A stretch of DNA of 57,422 nt, the filler included, from Sphacelaria rigidula (Eukaryota), in the NCBI GenBank assembly GCA_964200075.2. It is 7 parts of 7 records of this genome, joined end to end, with 100 filler letters (N's around TTAATTAATTAA, not from the genome) between each part and the next. Parts side by side here need not be neighbours in the genome. Positions count along the whole stretch, not along the records: positions 1 to 8,118 come from CAXNAA020012233.1; positions 8,219 to 16,336 come from CAXNAA020012234.1; 5 more parts are not named here. One strand, given 5' to 3'. This document shows, in pieces, positions 1 through 11,200 of the stretch (positions are counted from its first letter, which is position 1; the number at the start of each line of letters is the position of its first letter). Below the pieces are notes generated by a model. It was given only the letters and a program-made list of their open reading frames with translations, was not told the origin of the DNA and did not search any database. The position numbers and the translations under genes are program-made.

Positions 1-72
1 CGTCCCGGCTTTGTAGGGATGCGAGGTCAATGGTCTGATGACTATGGCAAGCATGATCATGAGTACACCCCC
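1..72 (+). repeat. Dispersed repeat terminus (CGTCCCGGCTTTGTAGGGATGCGAGGTCAATGGTCTGATGACTATGGC...)
   Basis: Near-identical copy at the start of contig 3 (16437-16495) and a diverged reverse-complement copy at about 28460-28522. Confidence 0.8.
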
Positions 73-243
73 TACAATGGCGACAGTCGGGCCATCACAC
101 CACCGGGGCGCAGCGGCTATTGTTATAGTGTAACCTCTACCTGGGACATGGACATCCGTCGCTGGGAATCCAACTGGGAGTTGGACGTCCATTGGCGATA
201 TCCGTATCTTGTTATAGGTGGAAATCCATCTGGGGCGTGGATA

Positions 244-705
244 TCGGGTTCGAAGTTTTTGAATCCGAATACAACCCGTCAATCCGAGCACGTAACCAGA
301 GGGACTCGCAGTCTTACTGTCTGCTTGGACTAACGACCACTTCCACAGCCCCCGCATTCTCAACTTGCGTGCAGATCTCGGTTCGAAGTTTTCGAATCTG
401 ATTACAGCCCGTCAATCCGCCCACGTAACCGAAGGGACTCGCAGTTTTACCGTTATTTGTTGCACGCGCGCGCGGCTTTTCATCGAATACTGCACGAATT
501 TCCGTCACAGAAAAGCTGTCGTGTGTGGATGTTGAGGTATCGCTTGAACAATGCGCGTGAGTGGTGGGTATCTGTGCGTGATTTTTCAGGGATGGGTGTA
601 CACGTGTTGGGCTCTGTTGTTGCCCCATTTCTCAACGTGCGTGCTGACCTGGGTTCGAAGTTTTTGAATCTGAATACAGCCTGTCAATCCGCGCACGTAA
701 CCACG
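244..705 (+). repeat. Three spaced copies of a ~55-75 bp motif (GGTTCGAAGTTTTTGAATC..AATACA.CC.GTCAATCCG..CACGTAACC)
   Basis: Copies at about 246-320, 380-450 and 651-702; probably subterminal repeats of the element starting at base 1. Confidence 0.75.
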
Positions 706-1054
706 TTCCAAAACAAAAAAAACACTGCAGAACTGCCATGTTGTTTTGTGTTGAGGGTAGTATTCTGTTCTCCATACACCACTGCAAAAATATCTTGTTT
801 TGAGTGTACTGGCCTGTATTCCATATAATGGCGTCATGGTTCGAGCAGTTTTTAAAACAATTCTGCTCGTTTTTCAAAAAGTTCTGCTCGTTTTTGAAAA
901 GTACTCCGAAAAAAACGAGAGTGTTTTTTGTCACAGAAATCTAATGCCGAATCTGGAATAGCCTGAGACAACAACCAGTTTGAAAATTGTAATGCGTACT
1001 ATAAAGGCTGCCCAGCATACTAACAGCGATGAATTCTACACGGAGTGACGAAAT

Positions 1055-1218
1055 CCTGTGAAGCGTCCTGTGTGGCACAAAATAATACCCTACAGTCAAA
1101 TCCCCGCGAGAAACCCTGCACAGTTTCGCTGAACCCTGTGAAGCGTCCTGTGGGGCGCAAAAAATACTACTACAGCCAGATCCCCGCGAGATTCACTGCA
1201 CAGTTTCCCTGAACCCTA
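1055..1218 (+). repeat. Tandem duplication, ~79-bp unit
   Basis: CCTGTGAAGCGTCCTGTG...CCCCGCGAGA...CTGCACAGTTTC.CTGAACCCT occurs twice in tandem. Confidence 0.85.
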
Positions 1219-1583
1219 CAGACGTGCCCCACAGGGTGCTATTTGTCCACGTGTGAGGGAAATCCAACCTGATCGTACCTTGGGACACAGGAGAAACGAC
1301 TGCGGGCGCTTATGATGCATCATCCGAGTTGAAACAAGGTCTTTCCGGGCGTGTTCACGCCGACAGAGACCCGTACGTCAAAAAGGACACGCCGGGCATG
1401 ATTTTCGAGGGGATCAGCTTGTCGTGTGAACAGCACAGTGTCGCCACAGTGACGCCATTGAATTATCACTCTTTACAGTGCTGTAATAGAGTTCGCACAC
1501 ACTCTTTTCAGGAGTAGTTTTCGCACACGCTCGACACTCATTGGAGTACTCTGTTCTTCGCCATGCTACTCCGTACGGATATT

Positions 1584-2008
1584 TCACCGCGGTTCCTCAT
1601 GCGCTTCCCTACAGCTGCCGAACTTCTCCGCGGCTGCCGTGAACGCACCGTGCTTCAGCACCCCGTTGTTGCTGCTGGCGAGGAGGAACCGAATCACCTC
1701 TTTTCCCCAAGTAGTGGTGAAGTCCTTGCGTTTTGACACCTGGGAGGCACTCCCAGCCGCGGGCATGCCTCAACAGAAGAGAGGAGGGCTTCTGACCGGA
1801 GGTTTAAGGTTGGGGTGGTGATTTCGAGCGACTTCTGCTGGGGTGGGAAGCACGTTTTTGCGAGGAAGTTTGAAAAACACCGGTTCTGAACGAAATGTGT
1901 CGGCTCGGGAAAACCAATGAAAAAAACCTGCTCGAAAAAGAGTCAGAGGGGCTCGAGATAGACCGCATTTTGTCCAAATCGGACTTATATTCCGGAACAG
2001 AGGGAGTA
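1584..2008 (-). mobile_element. 5' fragment of a plant-type mariner/Stowaway-like (Tc1/mariner) DNA transposon
   Basis: The minus strand reads TA|CTCCCTCTGTTCCGGAATATAAGTCC (2008-1981), the Stowaway/plant-mariner TIR signature with a TA target. Downstream on the same strand is ORF 1766-1584 (…EVIRFLLASSNNGVLKHGAFTAAAEKFG…), resembling the N-terminal HTH region of such transposases. No DDD domain or second TIR found. Confidence 0.6.
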
Positions 2009-2207
2009 TTATATATTGATCATAATATAGTATTCTTGATATAATGTAGGCCTATATTATATATACTCCTCCTCTGATATATTAAATACAGACGATTATA
2101 TATGCTATATAATTGCTATAAAATATAGATATATATATGCCATGTAATATAAATGCTGCTTATGTTGTGTATCATATATACACGATGGAAAAAATAGCAG
2201 GAGCCAA

Positions 2208-2292
2208 CATACACCCCGCAAAGGCGACCAGACTTGTCGGATTTTTTCAATGCTCATTGATCACTTTCTTGCAACAAAGTTGACAGAAATAT
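2208..2292 (+). repeat. Dispersed repeat fragment
   Basis: Diverged copy at about 29655-29740 (CCCCGC.AAG.C.ACCA.ACTT..CGGATTTT.TCAAT..TCATTGATCA.TTTCTTGCAACAA.GTT.ACAGAAA). Confidence 0.7.
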
Positions 2293-2614
2293 CCAAAAAT
2301 TCCGGGGGGGGCCTTACGGCTGAAAAGACTTCTACCCAACCGAAGTTCCAAAAGTGTCCTGTCCTGTCCGTCCAGGCCTCACAACTAAGATCCTAATCAC
2401 GCACGTTTTTTCCCGGAAATAAGTCGAAGCCGCGCTGCGCGGGGAAACCATCGCATCGCTCTTTCATTATCGAACGAGACGCCCTCAACAAATTTCAGCT
2501 TCATTGGTGCTCATGGCGTTGTGTTCCGCTTCCGTCTCTGGGCGCACTCGAGAACACTACCAATCCGACCCCTTTTGACCAGAGCGAGTCTTGGTTGAAC
2601 TTATCAGACTTGAC

Positions 2615-5600
2615 TGTAGCAACTCCAATCGAGGCACTTTCAGAGGTTCGAGGTATCGCACGCAGCAAGCGGCTCTTCGAATCCCTTTGAACACTGTGAC
2701 GAAATCACGTCTTCACGTTGAGTAGATGGTGATGATTGGATGATGACTTGGGATCTGTAGTGATGAGATGGATGATGACATGGACTCAGGGGTGTTACCC
2801 TGATGTGATTCACGGAGCGTATGTGTCTGGCGGGCACTTCGGGAATGATAAGGTGTTGTGAAGGCTGACAACTGAGACCTTGAGGCAAGTGGAACTGGGG
2901 AGTCCCTCAACAGCATTTAGATGCTGGAGTACTTGCAACCTGCTGGCGTCACAATATCGATATTAGCTAGTGCTAGGCGTGCTAGTTGGTGCTATCGTTC
3001 GAGACTGCTGATTGTTTTCAGCATGGGGAGTCTGGACAGCTTGTGATTAGCTTCGGGCATAAAGCTTCACGGACGCGTGAGGAGATTTTGAGCTGAGGTA
3101 GCTGCAAAGGCGGCTGGCCCGTGATTGATCCGGACTGGAGACTTGCTGGAGCTGCGTACAGCGGGTGTTTGTAGGACCCCAAGGCTGTGTGGAGCGGCGA
3201 AGAAAGCAAGTGTGAACTGAAGTTCGAGAAAGTTTCAGAAATCTTCGATTTTCCGCTCGAGAATGTCGACTACCGAGGTACCGGCAATAGAGCCAGCGGA
3301 AACGGCTGTAACCCCAGTCGTTCTAAGGGAAGAGTTGCGGCCGCCCAGTTACGGAAATTTGTATTCTGAGGGTGCTTCTCGTTCGTTTTACACGAAATAC
3401 GTGGAATAGAAAAGAAGGGTGGAGCATGCAAATACAGGGGGTGCGGTAAGGCATCAGGTGGTTTCTATGGCGTAACTAGTGCCTACCCCCCTGCAACGCG
3501 TCTTCGCGAGAAGGTTCCACGAAAAGCATATCATAACACCGCTGCAGTTTGCCGCAGCGATAAAGAAGTACGCAGGGCATGCGGCAGGAGCGGAGGTATA
3601 GCTCACTCAGGTGTCCGCGGCCGTGGCGAAGGCTGTCGAAATGAACCACAAGGGGAGGACCATGCGTGAGAGGGTGGAGCCCATAATGGGTAAGTTGGAG
3701 ACGTATTTCTCGGAAAATCCCAACGTAGAGATGATTTATCGTTCGTCCGATGGGAAATTTCGCCCAGGGCCCGCTGCGGTGGTCACGAAAGCGATGGTGG
3801 AGGGCCGGGCACCGGCGGAATTTAAGCAGATCGTGCTTGTACAGTTACAGCACGAAACAAATTGGAGGTCGAACCCGTATTTAGTCATGGATACCGTGGT
3901 GGCTGAAGCTCAGGCATGGCGGCGGGTCGAGGTTACTGAAAATCATCCACTTCGTCGCCGCAGTCTTCGAGCTCGCGTAACCGCGGATCAAAATCCGCAG
4001 GCAGCCGCCAAAATTACTTGCTATCAGTGTGTCCAGGCAGGTCGCATTGCACGGAAGTGCCCAACGCCTTCTGAGGGGGAGTCTGGGTAGACGAGTGCCG
4101 CGCGCCCTCGCAAACACAAAGGAGGGAAAGGCAATCGGGGTGGTGGCGGAGGCAGATCCTCCAGCGGTGGAGATGTAAAGTCGAGTTCCCAACAGCAAGG
4201 GCAGCGGCGTCAGCAGGGGTCCGGTTCTGGGTCCGCCTCAGCCGCAGGGGCTGTTGCTCCACAACGGGCGGTGCAGGTGGGACCGACCTCTCTAGTGTCG
4301 CGCTCGGTGCCGGCGCCGCCGGCAGCAGAGCAAGCCGAGACGCCGGCTGCGGAGCCGGCCGGTTTTCAGCTGAAATTTGGATCCGCTGCTGCGTCGGCCG
4401 GAGTACCGCTGCAATTTGGTTCTGCGGGCGGTGCTTCATACCCGCCGGCGGTGCCGGTGACCCCGGCGGGGGTGTCTATGCCTGCGCCGCGCGCGCAGCC
4501 GTGGCGCCAAGTGGGGATCACGACCCTTCAGTCGGCGGGGCAGGTGCCGGTCGAGGACCAAGAAAATTATATCCCTGCCGAGTTATATCTGCCCGATCAA
4601 CGGGCGCGGGGAGCTATATCAGTCAACGCGGTATTGGATTCAGGCGCCCACTTCACGAGCGTGTCGGTGCTAATTGTGGAGATGGTGGAGCGTCTACTCC
4701 GCGGTGAGCAAATCCGAATTCCGTTCTCGCTCGGGGCGCGGCAGGCCATCACCGCATCGGGGCAACGTATAAATGTGACGGAGCGTACGATTCCCCTACA
4801 GTTGGCGTTCCTGACTACTTGGGGGTCAGCGAAATTACTCCCAATATCGTTCGCGATCATGCCGGGGACGGATAGTGTCGTTCTGTTGGAGCTACCGACG
4901 CTTCGGGGACTCGGAGTCGATCCGTATGCTCGGTTGTTGGGGTCCCTAAAAACGCAAATGCCGTCGCCCAGTTCGAGTGTCGAGACGCCTGCCTTTTTGG
5001 CCAGTCGCAGAGTGAGCTTGTCGGTTGATGCTCTCCAGGAGGCGGGGGGGCAGGTGTCCGAGGAGCGTGATGAGGCGGTGGAACGCTTGGTAGAGCGTGG
5101 CCCCGATATGTTTATGGAGCCGGCGGAAGAAGAGTCCGCGCGAAAGGCTGCGCTTGAGGAAAGCGCGACGGATGCGGTGGTAAATGGCCTCACCGTCTCA
5201 AAAGTGGAGTGCTTGCGTGGCATATTGTATCGCCACGTTAACGCGTTTCGTCGTGCGCTGACGGGTGATCTTCCTGCGCGCGTGGAACCCATGAGGGTTA
5301 CACTGAAGCCAGGGGTGGCCGCGGTGAAGGCAAAACCGAGGAGGTATGATCCGGTAAAATCCAGTTGGTTAGCTTCTTGCGTGGGAGCTCTTGTGGCGTT
5401 TGGGTTGGTGTGCAGGAATTTACAGGCGGTATGGTCCAGTCCAGCGATGGCGGTGCCGAAGAAGGACACTTTCCGTCTTGTCAGCGATTACGGAGCCGTC
5501 AATGATCAGGTGGAGAAGTCGCCGGGTGTCATGCCCAATCAGGAATCTACATGATCGACCTGTTGAGTGCGCGATGTTTCGGTAAGTTGGACCTCCTACA

Positions 5601-6159
5601 GGGGTACTGGCAGATGCCGTTGGCCGAAGAGGCGCAAGAGATATTCACAATCACAACGGTGTTTGGCATGTTTACCCCGCAAAGAGTACCGCAAGGCGTG
5701 TTGAATGCTACTTCCTATTTTCAAGGTGTTATGGTAGACCTTTTAGATGACTTGAAATGCAAGATTTAGGTGGATGGTGTCTTTTTCTTCGCGGATACGG
5801 AACACGAACTGTTGGATACGCTTGATGCAATCTTGGCTCGCTTAGAGAGTGTTGGTCTGTTTGCAGCTGCCCACAAGTGTAACTTTCTTGCTAGTGAACT
5901 AGTGTGGTGGGGGAAAGTAAACTCACACAGCCGCGTCTCGCATGACCCGGCCCGCTTGCAAGGTTTGTCTGGCATGCGGCGTCCAGAAACAGCCGCAGGA
6001 TTAATGAAATTTCTGCACGCAATCAACTGGTTGCGTACCTCGTTGCCACGTATGGCCGAAGTAGTGGCGCCCTCACGCGGTTTCCTAGAGGAACTCATGG
6101 TGGGGGCTGCAAGGCGCACGAAGCGGGTGGCAAAAAATCGTGTTATTCCACCCGCCTAA
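2615..6159 (+). mobile_element. Degenerate, 3'-truncated Ty3/Gypsy LTR retrotransposon (gag-PR-RT)
   Basis: Gag with a decayed zinc knuckle (CYQCVQAGRIARKCP, ~4019-4065), aspartic protease VLDSGAHFTSVS, and RT motifs KKDTFRLVSDYGAVN, KLDLLQGYWQMPL, FTPQRVPQGVLNATSYFQ and *VDGVFFF (decayed YxDD). Frameshifts and stops present. The 5' boundary/LTR is approximate. Confidence 0.92.
4271..6159 (+). pseudogene. Gypsy pol pseudogene (protease + reverse transcriptase; RNase H/integrase missing)
   Basis: ORFs 4271-5554, 5551-5769 and 5770-6159 join, through a frameshift and a TAG, into a continuous PR-RT-thumb sequence. Confidence 0.92.
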
Positions 6160-6210
6160 CAGCGGATCCTGAAAAATGGGGTTCATCACAAAAATGGGGT
6201 TCAACCTATA
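6160..6210 (+). mobile_element. Putative DNA transposon terminus (CAG-starting) that truncates the Gypsy pol
   Basis: CAGCGGATCCTGAAAAATGGGGTTCATCACAAAAATGGGGTTCAA begins where pol homology stops; a related sequence begins at 32703, where the NB-ARC exon stops. Confidence 0.5.
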
Positions 6211-6667
6211 TTTGGGACTTTGACTATTCGACCGAAACAGTTCAGAGAGGGAACGCGCTTTCGCTTGTCCTCGGGTGCCAAGTAGTTTTGAAAGTTGGCG
6301 TGGGTACTCGTAGGCGTGTCGCCGACGACGGCACCGGAGAACCCGTGCCCGACCAGAAGGTCCTTGCCCGCTTCCTTCGTGTGTTCCTTCAATAATACAG
6401 TAGTCTAATCGCTGCCGTACCGCTTCGGTGGCCGCACGGCATGGTGTGTGGCAGCTAACATGGGTGTGCATCTGTGTGCGTTGTGTGCGGTATGTGCCAT
6501 CTACCATCAATAATGTGTGGACGTCACACGAAAGGATGCTTTCCACACGATCGACTGTGAGTATCAACTCGTACGTGATGCAAAGCGAGTACTTCGGCGA
6601 TTGTGTCCTGCTGTTTATCGGCGGCGCAAGAGCAACGCCTTCTTTTTCGTGTATTCCTGCAATTATA

Positions 6668-6802
6668 TCTTCACCTGCTCTTCTGCCCTGGACAAGGAGC
6701 GGGCATGGCCAACAATCAGAGTGGATCGACGGATGCAGTTATTTCTTTACCTGCTCTTCCGCCCTGGACAAGGAGCGGGCATGGCCAACAATCGGAGTGC
6801 AT
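6668..6802 (+). repeat. Tandem duplication, ~77-bp period
   Basis: ACCTGCTCTTC.GCCCTGGACAAGGAGCGGGCATGGCCAACAATC.GAGTG occurs twice. Confidence 0.9.
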
Positions 6803-8118
6803 CAACAAAAATGAAACATGGAAACGCCTGCGGCAACGACGAACGAAAAAAGTCCAGATTACGCGTCAACACTCTTGCCTGTCCCCTCTGTGCCCTAGTC
6901 GCCTGACTGCCACGCGTCTTGCCGCCTGCAATGAAAGACCAACCAACCACCGGCCTCTACTTTACGAAGGGGGAACCAGAATAACACTAGCGCATACCCA
7001 ATGATTCACTCGTGTCAACCCGACATCACCACTAGCCCCAGCATCACCAACAGCAGCAGCACCACCACCTATTCGACCATCACTCATCCCGCAACTCTCC
7101 CTGTTGCTTTCATCCCCCTTCAACACTCCAACTCAGCAGTACTTTCTTCGCCGCCGGAGTTCTTGTCGCCGCCGACACCATCTACACTATCTTCGTCTTC
7201 ACTGTCGGAATCGGCGCCTACGAACTCCTACTACGGCGACGAGGTCGAAAATGTGCAGCTGTCAGACGGACTACCGGGTCAATATCGGTTTTGGCTCCTG
7301 AAGCGGAATCGCTAACAGCTTCGGGTGCGGTTCCTCCCACAACCCGCTGCACACCCTCTCCCTTATTCCCGCCGGAACCCGTGGACACTCCACACCCTAT
7401 CGTCTCCCGACAGGTTTTGAGAGCCGTTTGCATTGTGTGGATGAACTTCATAAAATGAAACTCTCGAGCTTTCACAGATGTTGCGACTTCGGTGCAGCAT
7501 GTTGTTGCCGTGACCACCTCTGAGCAGACGGGAGGGCGCGCGGTAGAGCAACGAAAGGTAGACATGATCCGGTTTGCCTGCCGTACTGCCGATAGCGTCG
7601 CGTGAAAGCCACAACACCCTTGCTGTCGGCGGTCTCGAATGCAACAACATGCGGTTGATCGTAGAGCACTTTCGTATCTCCTCCCAAGTTGTGATAATCC
7701 ATGATCTCATGACATCGGATTAATTATTACCTGTGGGAAGCTACTCGTATTGTACCGAGCTGTCCACGCGACCAGCGTGTGCTGCACATTGCCTATGCGC
7801 CACGCTAGCAACAGTTAGGTCACCACCGTAGGTATCTTTTTTCACTCCGCATGTCGAAAAGGTTTCTACAAGTGTTCGATCTCTCATACACCCCCCTCAA
7901 CTAGCGTGTGGCAGGCTGTTCTCGTCGGGCACCCGGGAAGGGGGAGGTCGGCGAAAATCAACGATGAATAACACCCCCTAAGTTCAAATTGGATCTATTT
8001 CTTATTGCCGCAGCACCTCCCTTGCTGGCATATGTGTGACAGGAAACAGTAGTAGCGGTGACGGGAACATTGCCCTATTTTTTCTACGACATGTTTTTCA
8101 GCGCACAGAGGCGCGTCC

Positions 8119-8218
8119 NNNNNNNNNNNNNNNNNNNNNNNNNNNNNNNNNNNNNNNNNNNNTTAATTAATTAANNNNNNNNNNNNNNNNNNNNNNNNNN
8201 NNNNNNNNNNNNNNNNNN
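8119..8218. other. Artificial contig linker (N44-TTAATTAATTAA-N44); identical linkers at 16337-16436, 24555-24654, 32772-32871, 40989-41088, 49206-49305
   Basis: Six identical 100-bp spacers with a core that is a stop in all six frames. The segments between them are 8118, 8118, 8118, 8117, 8117, 8117 and 8117 bp, i.e. contigs sorted by length and concatenated. Confidence 0.98.
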
Positions 8219-8299
8219 CAGAGGTCCCACGACCTTTTCTTACACATAGACCCCAGCGCCGAGTAGGAGATTCAACTCTTAGTACTGACCAGAACCCCG

Positions 8300-11200
8300 A
8301 CATTGTTGTTATATAGAGGAATTAGCTTGAATAATAATACTCGAGCTCATCAGGTTCCCAAGTTCCCCCCCCAGGCGCTATTAGGCTTCATTATCCTGTA
8401 TTTCCGGATACAAGCTTCGGCCGCTGCACTGAGCATTTCTTGGTGTCACGCTCCTTTGATTGGAGCCCGACGACCAGACACACTGCCCCTGCCTTTTTAA
8501 GCACACAAGTTGCGTGCGACTATCATGTCGCACACAAATAACGCTGGCTCTTCCCCTAAATAGGAAAACCAATCGCTTCGTCGGACACGGAGTCAAACCA
8601 CTGGCGGTTTGAAATACTTTGATATGAGTGTCACATCACCTTCAACTCTTCGACGCACGTATGCGAGCGCTGTTCGATCTTCACGATCTGAAGACCAACC
8701 TTCGAGCAATGCTTGTTCTTCGAGGCTTGATGCCGCGACCTGTTCTCTCACGTACCGATTCGGACTCAGAGAACAGGCTTGTGCCACCGGCTGAGTCATT
8801 GGCTCCTGACGGACATGTCAGTGAACCCATAAAGGTGAATTTCGTAGCAACCCCCTCGCTGCGGCCTGTTCTTCCGAATCCCAATGTGGAATCCGAGATC
8901 AGGATTGTGCCCCCAGCTGAGTCGTTGCCCCTGGACACAATTGTCCAGCTTGGCCTTGTGACGGTTGCTTCAACCGTGGCACCCCGTCGCATGACGGTTG
9001 ACAACTCTCGCGACGACTCAGTCCCGACGAAGCGTATCGCTTCTGGAGCAAGAGACTTTGTCACGCGGGCTGCTTCCGTTACGGACCCCCGTCGCACGAC
9101 TCTCGGTAGTCCCGTGCGTCCTACTGCGCAGTCCAATGTCGAACCAGCAGTCGCGGCCATGCATCCTGCTCTGCAGACTATGCATCGCACTTCATCGGCG
9201 TCGGTGCACTCGCCAGCCTCAGCTCTCATCGAGGCATTTACGATTTTTTGCCACGCCACGCTCCAAGACCAAACGGCGTCTGCTCACGTGCAATTCAACG
9301 ATGATTCTGCATCTGCCACGCCCAAACCCGTACGTTTGGCGCCCTGGTCGGCGAAATTGCGTCCTCCGTTCGTCACTCGTGAAAAAGTCAACGAACACGA
9401 GTCCAGCCCCTGCTCGACGTCAAACAAGAGTCTTGCTCGCGCTCCTGACCGGCGCCGCACATCGGCAGTTGATCACGACCACGTCACCCGTGCTGGCAGT
9501 TTAAAGGACAACTCGCAGCAAAGCTGGAATTTATCGCGCATTTTTACACGCCCGAAGAAGGTCGCTCATGGTCGCACATATGACGGTAGTTCACGCCGCA
9601 GTTCCAATTCATCGCGCGCTCCGAAGCGCCCGGTGAATGCCAACCGTGACCGTACTCACGAGGATAATTCGCGGCACAGATCAAGTTCATCGCGCGTTCA
9701 CTCGCGCTCGAAGAACACCGATCATGCAACCGCGCGCACCCTTCCTGCTCCACATCTGTCACGCCGCCGTCATTTACGCGATGATAACACTGTACATGCT
9801 GACGATATCCAAAATATATTTTCGGACATGTCACCGGCTCTGGAATCCTCAATTGAGGGATCCGGCCGCACTTCATCGCCGAACCGACGATCCCGCAATG
9901 ACCGCGACCCACCGTCCCGCTCCGATGCTTCGATTATTCGTTCTCTTCAACGACAATTATTGACAGACCTCGAGCGACAACTATCAGCAATGGCGACCTC
10001 AAGATCCATTGCTACCGCCGCGAAGACCACGATGGAGACACTACAACCGCCGCTGCCGCCGCTGCTACCTTGGCCGATGCGCCTTTTGCCGCCCCCACGA
10101 CGGCCACAACACCCGCTGCAGCCCTGTCTGCGGTCGATACTGACGCAGATAGTGGCCCGGTTGCGGATGCCCCCGTGCGCTCGCCCCCATCTGTGGAGGA
10201 TCTCTCTTCGCTCGGCGACGAGCATTGCTCTACCGGGCTGCTGTTGAGGCTTTTCAGGGACCGCCCACGTGCGGAACAACTGGAACTCATTAACGACTAT
10301 GCCTCACATGCACCGGCGCTGGCCCACGACGTCCTTGAGCAACAGAGAGGGGCCAACGCCGCTGCGGCACGCGTCATCGCCGAAGAACACGCTGCCAAGC
10401 ATATAGACCTCCAGCGCCAGGCTAAACGAGCCCAGACTACCAACTCCGCGGCTCAACGCGCGCTACAGGAAGACCGCACTGCTGCGTTTGCGGCTCAGCA
10501 GCGCGTTAAGAACCTCGAGGAGCATGTCCGCCAAATTGCGAATGACGCGGCCACGTCGGTGGCCCGTCTCTCAAACCATCCGACCTCTCCGCCGTCCATC
10601 GGCAACACGACCGGTGGTCGCTCTCAACGCCAGCCAACGACCAATACGTCTACTTACGTCATCCCACGTAAGACGGACTGCCGCGGCCGCTGCCGTCCCC
10701 ACGACGGCCCCGACACGCCCGCCTCGTGCACCTAGCTCGGCGGCCGATGCCCACCTGATACCAGGTCTGCAACTGGCGCCTCACGAACGAGTGTGGCTTT
10801 CTCGTTCCACGGCCGATCATATCGGCCCCTTCCACAAGAGCAACCACCTCCACTGCTCCCGCGAGGCCTGGAACCTAATTTCGTAACGCATGCTCTTCGC
10901 TATTAGTGCTTATGTAGAGTAGGGAGCTTTCTTCTCCGACGAAGGCGTATCGGCACCCACCTTGGGCCAACTGGTCCTCCAAATGACTGACGGCGATCAC
11001 TCGGATCACCAGCGTTACGTCTGCGCTCTCACCGATCTTTTTGCGGCGCTACGCGCCGCTTACAACCCTGATCCCGGCGCCACCATCGCCGACGATGACA
11101 AAAATGAAGATAGGTGGGCTCCCGCAAGTACCAACGGCCGAGGAAATAAGAAGAACCATCGACGGGATGACGACGACAACGATGGAGGAGACTCACGCCG

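Noticed and set aside
8163-8174. TTAATTAATTAA as a biological motif, and any gene-cluster reading across the N gaps
   Set aside because: Synthetic linker between length-sorted contigs; adjacency is artificial.
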